Positions 26,636 to 37,416 are shown, numbered from the stretch's first letter. The stretch is DNA of 64,000 nucleotides from Octopus vulgaris (GCA_951406725.2 OX597816.1:5828001-5892000); one strand, 5' to 3'. Numbers and translations: made by a program. The notes: generated from the sequence alone by a model not told the origin.

Positions 26636-28963
26636 CCAGAAAAAAATCCATTTTTTTACGTCAGGACAACAAACACCGGAGAAAGAAAAAATCCAAGAGG
26701 AAACATACCCCAAACAACTGAACGTATAGATCCTAAAATAATTAATTTATCAAAAAGAGATCTTGACAATGATGAAATCCAACTTCTGTCAAAAGGACTG
26801 AAATTCACACCTACACCAACAGCCAACCACCAAGAATTAAAGGAGGATATCCAAAAATTCTGTCGAAAATTACGACTTGTAGAATTCTTCGCTAACAAAA
26901 GTAATGAGATTGATGAATCCCTAGTAAGGAATAAATCAAATTTCACCCCACCAAAAGGAAGAAATAACTACCTTGACCAATACATTGATATCCTGTCTAA
27001 ATTTCCCCTTAGACGCAATACCAATGTTAGGCCAAACATTAGCAAATCAGAGATGTCTGCATGTAAACGTATACAAAACGATCAAACAATAATAATTAAA
27101 CAAGCAGATAAAGGTGGTGCAATTGTTATTATGGATACCGAATACTATAAGGATTTGGTTGAAGACCAACTGAAGGATACAACCTTCTATTGTGAAATAC
27201 CCGCAAATATAGACCACCACATCATGAAAAAGATCAACAACCTGATTTCAACACACCACAACTCACTTACGGATAATGAAAAAGACTACATCACCAATTT
27301 TGAACCAAAACCCAGCAACTTCTACGGCTTACCAAAAATACACAAATCAAAAAACATTCAACAGGCAGTAAAAGAACAAGAAAGTGAGTACATAAAATTA
27401 TTACATCCAAAAGACCTAAAACTTAGACCTATTATAGCTGGTCCAGCATGCCCTACACACCGTCTAAGCAATTTTATTGACATTGTTTTGAAACCACTAT
27501 GTACTTACATACCAAGTTTCATCAGGGATGACATCGACTTCCTGTCCCATCTTCCCAAAACAACAGAAACAAATTCAGTTTTACTAAGTTTTGATGTGGT
27601 AAGCCTCTACACCAATATTCCACACGATTTAGGAATAAAGGCGATTAAATACTGGTTAGAAAAACATAGAGAAGTGATTCCCAGCAGATTCACAGTGCCA
27701 TTTATATTAGACACAGTCAAACTTATTCTAGAAAATAACACATTCTTCTTCAATGGAAAGAATTACATCCAAATTAGAGGCACGGCGATGGGAACGAGGT
27801 TTGCTCCCGTTTACGCCAACTCTGTAATGGGATACTTAGAAGAACAACTCTACCAAGAGGTGGAGGTAAACTATGGCACTGGATTTAGAAAGTATATTGA
27901 AAAGGCATGGAAGAGATACCTAGACGACTGTTTCATAATCTGGACAGAATCTCTAAATACTCTGGAAGAGTTCAATATCCTCCTGAACAACCTACACCCA
28001 TCTCTCAAATTTACAAAGGAGATGAGTAGTACCAAATTACCATTCCTGGATATAATGGTAATTAAAAAAGACACCACCATCACCACAGATATATACTATA
28101 AACACACAGACACACATCAATACCTAAATTTTAAGTCGTGCCATCCACCACATACAAAACGTAACATCCCATACTGCCTAGCCAGAAGAATTTGTACTAT
28201 TGTAGAAGATGCAAATATCAGGAACAAACGCCTAATAGAACTAAGAGAATTTTTGCTCAAACAAAAATACCCATCTCTACTTATAGAAAATGGCATACAG
28301 CGGGCTATAAAAATACCTATACAACAACTTAGGACAACCCAAGGAAGAGGAAAACAAGAACAAGTCATACCATTCATAGTGACACACAACCCATGTCACC
28401 AGAATATCTTCAACATTGCCAAAGCAAACCTACCAATCATTGCCCAAAGTAATGAATTAAAAGACATAATCAAGGATCGAGCTATGGTGCTTAGTAAAAG
28501 ACAGCCTAAAAACTTGAAAACATTACTAACAAAGGCAAAATTTGACCTCAGCAACAAAGACCAAACATTCACGGTATCTAAATGCAATGATAGCCGATGT
28601 GGCACATGCCAATTCATACATACCGGTCAATATATAAACACAAAAACCGGGAAAATATTCACAAACGCGAATATGAACTGCAAAAGCAGAAATTTAATTT
28701 ACTGCATCAAATGCCCAAATTGTGAAGAAATATATGTAGGTCAGACGGGAAACGCACTATTAGAACGCTCACGTGTACACCGGCAACAGATTAGAGACCC
28801 AGAGGTCCGTCAGATACCTTTGAGTAACCACCTAGCAACATGTGGTCGGAAAATATATATAATATTTCCATTCTACAAATTACACAGCCCAAGTGAAATC
28901 GAGAGGAAAATCAGAGAAAAGAATTTTATTGATAAATTCGAACCCAAGCTAAATAAGCAATAA
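26636..28963 (+). CDS. PLE reverse transcriptase + Cys linker + GIY-YIG endonuclease, copy 1 (frame open from 26636; first ATG 27053)
   Basis: INLS..KGLKFTP, ADKG, SFDVVSLYTNIP, GTAMG, RYLDDCF, PFLD, CNDSRCGTC, LIYCIKCPNCEEIYVGQT with CCHH residues. Confidence 0.93.
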   Translation, partial: PEKNPFFYVRTTNTGERKNPRGNIPQTTERIDPKIINLSKRDLDNDEIQLLSKGLKFTPTPTANHQELKEDIQKFCRKLRLVEFFANKSNEIDESLVRNKSNFTPPKGRNNYLDQYIDILSKFPLRRNTNVRPNISKSEMSACKRIQNDQTIIIKQADKGGAIVIMDTEYYKDLVEDQLKDTTFYCEIPANIDHHIMKKINNLISTHHNSLTDNEKDYITNFEPKPSNFYGLPKIHKSKNIQQAVKEQESEYIKLLHPKDLKLRPIIAGPACPTHRLSNFIDIVLKPLCTYIPSFIRDDIDFLSHLPKTTETNSVLLSFDVVSLYTNIPHDLGIKAIKYWLEKHREVIPSRFTVPFILDTVKLILENNTFFFNGKNYIQIRGTAMGTRFAPVYANSVMGYLEEQLYQEVEVNYGTGFRKYIEKAWKRYLDDCFIIWTESLNTLEEFNILLNNLHPSLKFTKEMSSTKLPFLDIMVIKKDTTITTDIYYKHTDTHQYLNFKSCHPPHTKRNIPYCLARRICTIVEDANIRNKRLIELREFLLKQKYPSLLIENGIQRAIKIPIQQLRTTQGRGKQEQVIPFIVTHNPCHQNIFNIAKANLPIIAQSNELKDIIKDRAMVLSKRQPKNLKTLLTKAKFDLSNKDQTFTVSKCNDSRCGTCQFIHTGQYINTKTGKIFTNANMNCKSRNLIYCIKCPNCEEIYVGQTGNALLERSRVHRQQIRDPEVRQIPLSNHLATCGRKIYIIFPFYKLHSPSEIERKIREKNFIDKFEPKLNKQ

Positions 28964-29280
28964 TAATAATACTTAGAGGTATTACTTCCACTGCTACGAC
29001 CATGACCACTAACAACAACAACAATACTAAAGGTGATCAAGACGAAGATAGCAGGAAAATTATCTTATTTAGGGTGAAAAGTTCTATTGCCACCACCATC
29101 ACCACTAGCAACAATAATTAAGGTGCTGACAATGATGATGATGACAATTGAAATATAAAAATATAAAAATCTCTGACAAAGGATATTTACAACATTTCTA
29201 AAAATAACCCAACAATTGCTGCTTCGGCCAGGGTCAAGATACAGGACTCTTGACCTGTCCAACAAAGCGTGATGCCTAAA

Positions 29281-29425
29281 CCAATCAGCTCAACCAACCA
29301 ATCAGCTTAAGTAATTGAGTGATACTACACACTGATTGGTCAGAATACAGTTTGCAAAACCTAGCACTCTGGAGCCTACCCAGCTGTATTTATAGCACAG
29401 AATCACTCATCTTGCTACAGTCAAA
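29281..29425 (+). promoter_or_regulatory. Candidate Pol II promoter in the pseudo-LTR (repeated at 33551-33695)
   Basis: CCAATCAG at 29281 and 29298, CTGATTGG at 29332, TATTTATA at 29387-29394, Inr-like TACAGTC ~29416. Confidence 0.6.
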
Positions 29426-29457
29426 AATTGTGAAGCATGACTGTCAACACTACTACA

Positions 29458-29502
29458 TGAACCCGAAGATTGCAGAATTCAATGCATGAAAGTACTAGTT
29501 CA
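29458..29502 (+). ncRNA. Minimal type I hammerhead ribozyme, copy 1
   Basis: TGAAC-CCGAAGA-T-TGCA(GAATTCAA)TGCA-T-GAAA-GTAC-TA-GTTCA; palindromic AGTACT stem III. Confidence 0.75.
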
Positions 29503-29707
29503 ATCAGAATGAATATTTAACATTCTACTATTTCATTTTATTTTATTCAATTATAATATATTATCTTATAATATATCATTATAAGATTGTAAATAAAACG
29601 TGAAAATCAGACAAGGTTGGAATTCTTTTTATTAATATATTCTTCTATACACAATCACACACACCCATATATATATATATCTATATTCCTATTGTGTATA
29701 TGCCAAC

Positions 29708-30999
29708 ATGTCTGGAAAGCAACAAACAAAATTAACAGAATCCGAAAGAATTCTAATGGAAATTTCATCGAAATTATCAACACTCATCACGATGATTGAC
29801 ACACAATCCTCTATTTTAAAGGAAATAGAAAAACAGTCTACAGACGGAAAACTTGGAAATGAACACATAAACTCTGAAATTAAGAATTTAGCTGAAATGA
29901 TACCAACAATTATAAAATCTACAAGAGAAAGCCTACCACAACCTCCTTGGATGTCAGAAATAAACGAAAGAAATCTGGAAAAAGAGGCACACCGAAAAAG
30001 AGAAGAGATACAGAAGACATGGAAAAAACTCCTTAACATAAGAAAACAAAACTTCTGGAAGGCATATAAATGCGAAAAATATGCTGAAATACATTCGAAA
30101 TGGATATCTTTAGCGGCACCCATACTTCCTCGGAAGTACCTAATTAAAGAAATTGCAGGAGAACCAGAGGAAGAAACTAAACTTCGATGGGACCTTAGTT
30201 TGATAAAATTCGGACCGACATCTCCATTACCCTGTCTAAACAATCCCGCTACAAAGCCAAATACGAAGCTATCGATGATCAAATCAGAGATGAAATATCC
30301 AAACTAACGACCGGCAATATAGCAGAAAAAATGCGAGAACTATGGATCAGAGATATCTCAAAAGAAGAAAGCAGATCAAGAAAGTTTTGGCAGCGGAAAC
30401 AATTATTTCTCGACAAATATGCTACAAATTACGGTAAAGACACCAGAACTCCGAGAAATAGCATTAAAAGTGGACAACCTCACCAACGCAACATACACCA
30501 GAACACGTGGCAACATGAACACCCGTTTCACCACGAATCGAAGACGAACTACGGTAAGAACTCTTCCCATTTTGTATGCAAACACCCTAATGCACACAAC
30601 ATGAACAAAAAGCACAAACAAAATAGATATTGTTTTGAACAGACCATTAGCAGTAGAAATAACAGGAGATCATTTTCAAGACCTCAACAGAGATTACCCA
30701 CAAGAAACTGGACAAAAAACCGATCTAGATCTAGAAGTAAACCCAGATCATTTCTCCAGGTGGTTAAAAACAATGCTAACAAGAAATTGAAAAGTAGCAT
30801 ACATAATACCAAAAACAAGACAGAAAACATAACGAAACCAAGTAAAGTACCACAACCAAAACGCAAAATTCATCAAGCAAACATCAACAGGAATATAAAT
30901 CATAACCAGAAAAAAATCCATTTTTTTACGTCAGGACAACAAACACCGGAGAAAGAAAAAATCCAAGAGGAAACATACCCCAAACAACTGAACGTATAG
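29708..30999 (+). CDS. PLE ORF1 (helical N-terminus, basic R/S/K/N-rich C-terminus), split by an apparent 1-nt frameshift near 30210
   Basis: ORFs 29708-30307 and 30331-30999; the second frame is open from 30199, so one extra base joins them into ~430 aa. Confidence 0.65.
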
Positions 31000-33233
31000 A
31001 TCCTAAAATAATTAATTTATCAAAAAGAGATCTTGACAATGATGAAATCCAACTTCTGTCAAAAGGACTGAAATTCACACCTACACCAACAGCCAACCAC
31101 CAAGAATTAAAGGAGGATATCCAAAAATTCTGTCGAAAATTACGACTTGTAGAATTCTTCGCTAACAAAAGTAATGAGATTGATGAATCCCTAGTAAGGA
31201 ATAAATCAAATTTCACCCCACCAAAAGGAAGAAATAACTACCTTGACCAATACATTGATATCCTGTCTAAATTTCCCCTTAGACGCAATACCAATGTTAG
31301 GCCAAACATTAGCAAATCAGAGATGTCTGCATGTAAACGTATACAAAACGATCAAACAATAATAATTAAACAAGCAGATAAAGGTGGTGCAATTGTTATT
31401 ATGGATACCGAATACTATAAGGATTTGGTTGAAGACCAACTGAAGGATACAACCTTCTATTGTGAAATACCCGCAAATATAGACCACCACATCATGAAAA
31501 AGATCAACAACCTGATTTCAACACACCACAACTCACTTACGGATAATGAAAAAGACTACATCACCAATTTTGAACCAAAACCCAGCAACTTCTACGGCTT
31601 ACCAAAAATACACAAATCAAAAAACATTCAACAGGCAGTAAAAGAACAAGAAAGTGAGTACATAAAATTATTACATCCAAAAGACCTAAAACTTAGACCT
31701 ATTATAGCTGGTCCAGCATGCCCTACACACCGTCTAAGCAATTTTATTGACATTGTTTTGAAACCACTATGTACTTACATACCAAGTTTCATCAGGGATG
31801 ACATCGACTTCCTGTCCCATCTTCCCAAAACAACAGAAACAAATTCAGTTTTACTAAGTTTTGATGTGGTAAGCCTCTACACCAATATTCCACACGATTT
31901 AGGAATAAAGGCGATTAAATACTGGTTAGAAAAACATAGAGAAGTGATTCCCAGCAGATTCACAGTGCCATTTATATTAGACACAGTCAAACTTATTCTA
32001 GAAAATAACACATTCTTCTTCAATGGAAAGAATTACATCCAAATTAGAGGCACGGCGATGGGAACGAGGTTTGCTCCCGTTTACGCCAACTCTGTAATGG
32101 GATACTTAGAAGAACAACTCTACCAAGAGGTGGAGGTAAACTATGGCACTGGATTTAGAAAGTATATTGAAAAGGCATGGAAGAGATACCTAGACGACTG
32201 TTTCATAATCTGGACAGAATCTCTAAATACTCTGGAAGAGTTCAATATCCTCCTGAACAACCTACACCCATCTCTCAAATTTACAAAGGAGATGAGTAGT
32301 ACCAAATTACCATTCCTGGATATAATGGTAATTAAAAAAGACACCACCATCACCACAGATATATACTATAAACACACAGACACACATCAATACCTAAATT
32401 TTAAGTCGTGCCATCCACCACATACAAAACGTAACATCCCATACTGCCTAGCCAGAAGAATTTGTACTATTGTAGAAGATGCAAATATCAGGAACAAACG
32501 CCTAATAGAACTAAGAGAATTTTTGCTCAAACAAAAATACCCATCTCTACTTATAGAAAATGGCATACAGCGGGCTATAAAAATACCTATACAACAACTT
32601 AGGACAACCCAAGGAAGAGGAAAACAAGAACAAGTCATACCATTCATAGTGACACACAACCCATGTCACCAGAATATCTTCAACATTGCCAAAGCAAACC
32701 TACCAATCATTGCCCAAAGTAATGAATTAAAAGACATAATCAAGGATCGAGCTATGGTGCTTAGTAAAAGACAGCCTAAAAACTTGAAAACATTACTAAC
32801 AAAGGCAAAATTTGACCTCAGCAACAAAGACCAAACATTCACGGTATCTAAATGCAATGATAGCCGATGTGGCACATGCCAATTCATACATACCGGTCAA
32901 TATATAAACACAAAAACCGGGAAAATATTCACAAACGCGAATATGAACTGCAAAAGCAGAAATTTAATTTACTGCATCAAATGCCCAAATTGTGAAGAAA
33001 TATATGTAGGTCAGACGGGAAACGCACTATTAGAACGCTCACGTGTACACCGGCAACAGATTAGAGACCCAGAGGTCCGTCAGATACCTTTGAGTAACCA
33101 CCTAGCAACATGTGGTCGGAAAATATATATAATATTTCCATTCTACAAATTACACAGCCCAAGTGAAATCGAGAGGAAAATCAGAGAAAAGAATTTTATT
33201 GATAAATTCGAACCCAAGCTAAATAAGCAATAA
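30906..33233 (+). CDS. PLE reverse transcriptase + GIY-YIG endonuclease, copy 2 (775 open codons; first ATG 31323)
   Basis: Same motifs as copy 1; TAA at 30903-30905 bounds the frame; overlaps ORF1 end in the -1 frame. Confidence 0.93.
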   Translation, partial: PEKNPFFYVRTTNTGERKNPRGNIPQTTERIDPKIINLSKRDLDNDEIQLLSKGLKFTPTPTANHQELKEDIQKFCRKLRLVEFFANKSNEIDESLVRNKSNFTPPKGRNNYLDQYIDILSKFPLRRNTNVRPNISKSEMSACKRIQNDQTIIIKQADKGGAIVIMDTEYYKDLVEDQLKDTTFYCEIPANIDHHIMKKINNLISTHHNSLTDNEKDYITNFEPKPSNFYGLPKIHKSKNIQQAVKEQESEYIKLLHPKDLKLRPIIAGPACPTHRLSNFIDIVLKPLCTYIPSFIRDDIDFLSHLPKTTETNSVLLSFDVVSLYTNIPHDLGIKAIKYWLEKHREVIPSRFTVPFILDTVKLILENNTFFFNGKNYIQIRGTAMGTRFAPVYANSVMGYLEEQLYQEVEVNYGTGFRKYIEKAWKRYLDDCFIIWTESLNTLEEFNILLNNLHPSLKFTKEMSSTKLPFLDIMVIKKDTTITTDIYYKHTDTHQYLNFKSCHPPHTKRNIPYCLARRICTIVEDANIRNKRLIELREFLLKQKYPSLLIENGIQRAIKIPIQQLRTTQGRGKQEQVIPFIVTHNPCHQNIFNIAKANLPIIAQSNELKDIIKDRAMVLSKRQPKNLKTLLTKAKFDLSNKDQTFTVSKCNDSRCGTCQFIHTGQYINTKTGKIFTNANMNCKSRNLIYCIKCPNCEEIYVGQTGNALLERSRVHRQQIRDPEVRQIPLSNHLATCGRKIYIIFPFYKLHSPSEIERKIREKNFIDKFEPKLNKQ

Positions 33234-33727
33234 TAATAATACTTAGAGGTATTACTTCCACTGCTACGACCATGACCACTAACAACAACAACAATACTAA
33301 AGGTGATCAAGACGAAGATAGCAGGAAAATTATCTTATTTAGGGTGAAAAGTTCTATTGCCACCACCATCACCACTAGCAACAATAATTAAGGTGCTGAC
33401 AATGATGATGATGACAATTGAAATATAAAAATATAAAAATCTCTGACAAAGGATATTTACAACATTTCTAAAAATAACCCAACAATTGCTGCTTCGGCCA
33501 GGGTCAAGATACAGGACTCTTGACCTGTCCAACAAAGCGTGATGCCTAAACCAATCAGCTCAACCAACCAATCAGCTTAAGTAATTGAGTGATACTACAC
33601 ACTGATTGGTCAGAATACAGTTTGCAAAACCTAGCACTCTGGAGCCTACCCAGCTGTATTTATAGCACAGAATCACTCATCTTGCTACAGTCAAAAATTG
33701 TGAAGCATGACTGTCAACACTACTACA

Positions 33728-33772
33728 TGAACCCGAAGATTGCAGAATTCAATGCATGAAAGTACTAGTTCA
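33728..33772 (+). ncRNA. Minimal type I hammerhead ribozyme, copy 2
   Basis: Identical to 29458-29502. Confidence 0.75.
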
Positions 33773-33934
33773 ATCAGAATGAATATTTAACATTCTACTA
33801 TTTCATTTTATTTTATTCAATTATAATATATTATCTTATAATATATCATTATAAGATTGTAAATAAAACGTGAAAATCAGACAAGGTTGGAATTCTTTTT
33901 ATTAATATATTCTTCTATACACAATCACACACAC

Positions 33935-33936
<2 letters not shown>

Positions 33937-33997
<61 letters not shown>

Positions 33998-34005
33998 CAT
34001 GTATG

Positions 34006-34041
<36 letters not shown>

Positions 34042-34155
34042 CATACCTATATATATACATATATATACATACCTATATATATACATACATACATATATAC
34101 ATACATATATACATACATATATACATACATATATACATACATATATACATACATA
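33937..34155. repeat. (TA)n/(TACA)n microsatellite at the PLE 3' junction
   Basis: Directly visible. Confidence 0.95.
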
Positions 34156-36063
34156 GACATATGTTTGTGTGTTCGTATGTATTTATGTGTGTTATATACA
34201 TGTATCATTTATCCGTTTGTCTGTTTTGTATAAATAACTATACACACACACAAAAAAACATGTAATATTCAATAAGCAGAGTATTTACGTATACAAATGT
34301 GTGTATTCGTTATGTAATCGGAGGAGATAGACAGCGTTCATCCACCTTGAATACCCTTCCAGTTTGTCAAGATCGATATCTTTAAAAATAACATTTATTT
34401 AATCTTGATTGATGGCAGCTCAAGTGTCCTCTCAAATCTTAGTTTTGATCCAGAGAGACTACACATTTCCAAGGCAGGGTATTTGAGGTGGCGGGTATTT
34501 GATGGTGACAGCATTAAGTTGAAATTCAGTAAGTGGCTCAGAATTTCTGGTGCATCACTGTTTGTTAATTCAAAGAATGAATAAGAAACTTCTTTCAGAA
34601 CTGGTTTAAGAAAGAAAGTTATACATACATAGAAATGTGTGTGTGTAGTATATTTAGGAATCAATCGTCCTTACTTAGTAGAATCGGCGTCTTTTAGATG
34701 TGGTCTGATGTGTATATTTGTATATCAGAGGCATCTATTTTAATAGGAAAGCAGTATATAGGCCGAACAAAGTGCTTAATGTCATTTCATCCCATTTCAC
34801 GTTCTAAGTTCAAATTCCTCCGAGGTTGAGTTTACCTATCATCCCTTTCGGGTCGATAAAGTATAGAACATTGGGGTCGGTGTAATCGGAGTTCCAGGCC
34901 TTCTGTCAAATTTTGAGGCCAATATGAAAGCAGCTTTATATGTTGATCTCATTCCAGCTGTGTCGAGATCAACAGATCATCACGTGGCAAATATTTTCAT
35001 GTCGAGAATATCAGACAATGTGAAATTAATATAAAACTAAACGAACATGTTTAAGTTTCTTTTCTTTTGAAGTAAGCTTTTAGTGCCAAGCTTTTCCTTT
35101 GAAGACGATAGCAGTTTATTTTCTAGGTCTTAGTTTAAATCTGTCAAAGGGTTTATGGAATCAAATATTTCGAAAAGCTAACTGTATGACTCGAAATGGT
35201 TGAAGCATAGTATCATCGTTTTAAGAGTGTTTCTAGTTACGAAGAATGGTGACGAATTCATTAATCCATACGCCATAGGGAAAGGTTAGATGACGTCGGA
35301 AAACGCTGAGGTAACTCAAATTTATAGAAGGTGAAAGGTTTGAGAAAATAACTGGAAAAATAAAAGGTCGTATATATGTAATCTGTACGAGAGTATAAAT
35401 CTTCTTTCGAGTAGTCAGAATGTTGGAGTCAAGATTATTTAGCATCCCTTGTTCGCAAATATATGGACAAAGATCGTGTCGTATAGCCAGCTGAAGACGA
35501 TGTTTCCTGGGGCTAAATTTCTAAACCATGACTGCGATGGTATGTTAGCAAACAATCTTTACTCCAAAGTGCTGTTGCTGAATATCTCTCGTTGTGAGAT
35601 TTACAAATAGTAATTTTCTAAGTTAGAATGTTGTTTCACCATGTTGCTGGTTTGAAATCTAACAGCTAATGAATTCTGATGAAGAGACAACAGAGCAGGA
35701 GCCTCTTTTGATAAGTGCGGTGCATTAAGACAAGAGTCTCTGTTTAAGAATAAATTACAGTTGCTTTCGTGTACAAGAATAAATTACATGTTTACGATGT
35801 TTCAGAAAGATGAAATTAAGAAAATCACGGATATTTGGAAAGTTTCTATTGAAATTGAAAGTGGCGACAGAGAAGATACACTGCAGCAAAAGAAATGGAG
35901 ATTAGTGAACGGAAATAGTATCAAAAGGAATATAAGTTAAGATGAGGGTAGTTGGGTTAATGTTAATGAAGAATTTCAAGACAGTTAAAGGACGGCTGCT
36001 GCGAGAGGTTTATAGATGAATCATAGAAAAAATGTTACAATGCCATAAGATGTTCAATACCTT

Positions 36064-36255
36064 AAGGCGGCGAGCAGGCAGAATTGTTAGCACGTGCGGC
36101 GAAATGCTTAGCGGTATTTCGTCTGCTGTTACGTTCTGAGTTCAAATTCCGCCGAGGTCGATTTTGCCTTTCAGGGTCGATATAATCGACTTAATCCGTT
36201 TGTCTGTCTTTGTTTGTCCCCTCTATGTTTAGCCCCATGTTGGTAATAAAGAATC
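36064..36255 (+). mobile_element. SINE family B with 16-bp TSD
   Basis: AGAT(G/A)TTCAATACCTT at 36048-36063 and 36256-36271. Confidence 0.85.
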
Positions 36256-36372
36256 AGATATTCAATACCTTGCTAAGTCTGTTTCTATAACAATACAAAC
36301 ACACACATACACACACACATACATACACACGCACACGCACACATACATACACATACATGCATTTACATACAT

Positions 36373-36405
<33 letters not shown>

Positions 36406-37416
36406 GTCTGTAACAGAAAGCAGAAAAATTATCTTGTTACTGAACCAGGTTTGTGTGTTTCTAAGTCAACCTCTGTATATCGTAAGCGACACTGAGTGGA
36501 GAGAACCATGGGAGTCATCTCTTCATATCAAAACCATTTTCCGGCAAACAGAAGTAATAGGCTCATTACACACACAGCTAGCAGACCACACCAGAGCAGA
36601 ATTTGATGTATTAACTCTTTGCGCTTATGCGACTTTATAATTTCTCCTTGACTTTCAATATATATTTGGAATTTCGATAAAACACCTACATACTGCTTTT
36701 ATAAATTAGAGAAGATTTTAAACTCTCGTCGAATAAAAGCGATAGCAGTATTAATCTAGAATTAATCGTTATAAACTGTTTATATCATTAATATGACTTC
36801 CAAAGTTATAGTGGATTACCAAAAGCTAACGTGCATTGATTTAAATTACCTACTGTTAGCCAATGGTTTAACTTTTTCTTCCGGAATAACATCTCTCCAT
36901 AGATATGTTCAAATTTTCGTCAATATTAAAAACATGCTTTCACATAAAATTCGAAACACTTAGGTGAATTTAATATATTTTTCTTTCAATATCTCCCTTC
37001 TTATGTTCCTAACACCAGACCCGTTGATTCCATGCTGGCCGTGGTAAAATACACTGTTAAACTAATGATGAATATAAACGTGACATAATATCATTAGTAT
37101 TACTTCTATAGTTATGTTATAATGTTATGGTGAAGATTTTCTTTTAACTGTTTAAATCCGCTTTTTATTTTTATCTATAGTTTAAACCAAATAATGTCAT
37201 AAACCAACTGATGTCATAAACCAAATGATGTCATAAACCAAATTATGTTATTAACTGTGTTGCACTCTGAAAAGTATCAATACATGGAGAGGTGAATTCA
37301 TTTATGCATGTTTGTATGTAAGAGGGAAATTTATTCAGTGTTAATCGAGTTTTAGAAATATATTTCTTATAAGCTGCATATGATATTAAATAAGATTTCT
37401 TTCTATAACATTATAA

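Larger units (their letters stand above)
26274..33950 (+). mobile_element. Penelope-like retroelement (Neptune-type architecture), partial head-to-tail tandem, 4270-bp period
   Basis: 26274-29680 repeats at 30544-33950; identical RT-EN translations; (TA)n on both sides. Confidence 0.95.

Noticed and set aside
26208-26729. 173-aa ORF upstream of RT copy 1
   Set aside because: Chance fusion of flank DNA to the truncated ORF1 tail; element identity starts at 26274
27053-27055. ATG as true RT start (also 31323)
   Set aside because: Conserved PLE N-terminal motifs lie upstream in the same open frame
30199-30215. Second programmed frameshift inside ORF1
   Set aside because: No proper X XXY YYZ heptamer; a 1-nt deletion or sequencing error is more likely
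29689-30282. 197-aa minus-strand ORF and other antisense ORFs in the PLE
   Set aside because: Shadows of the A-rich coding strand, no motifs
27053-33233. Naiad/Chlamys-type or selenoprotein PLE; LTR retrotransposon
   Set aside because: Endonuclease is C-terminal, no in-frame TGA, no integrase, RNase H or PBS
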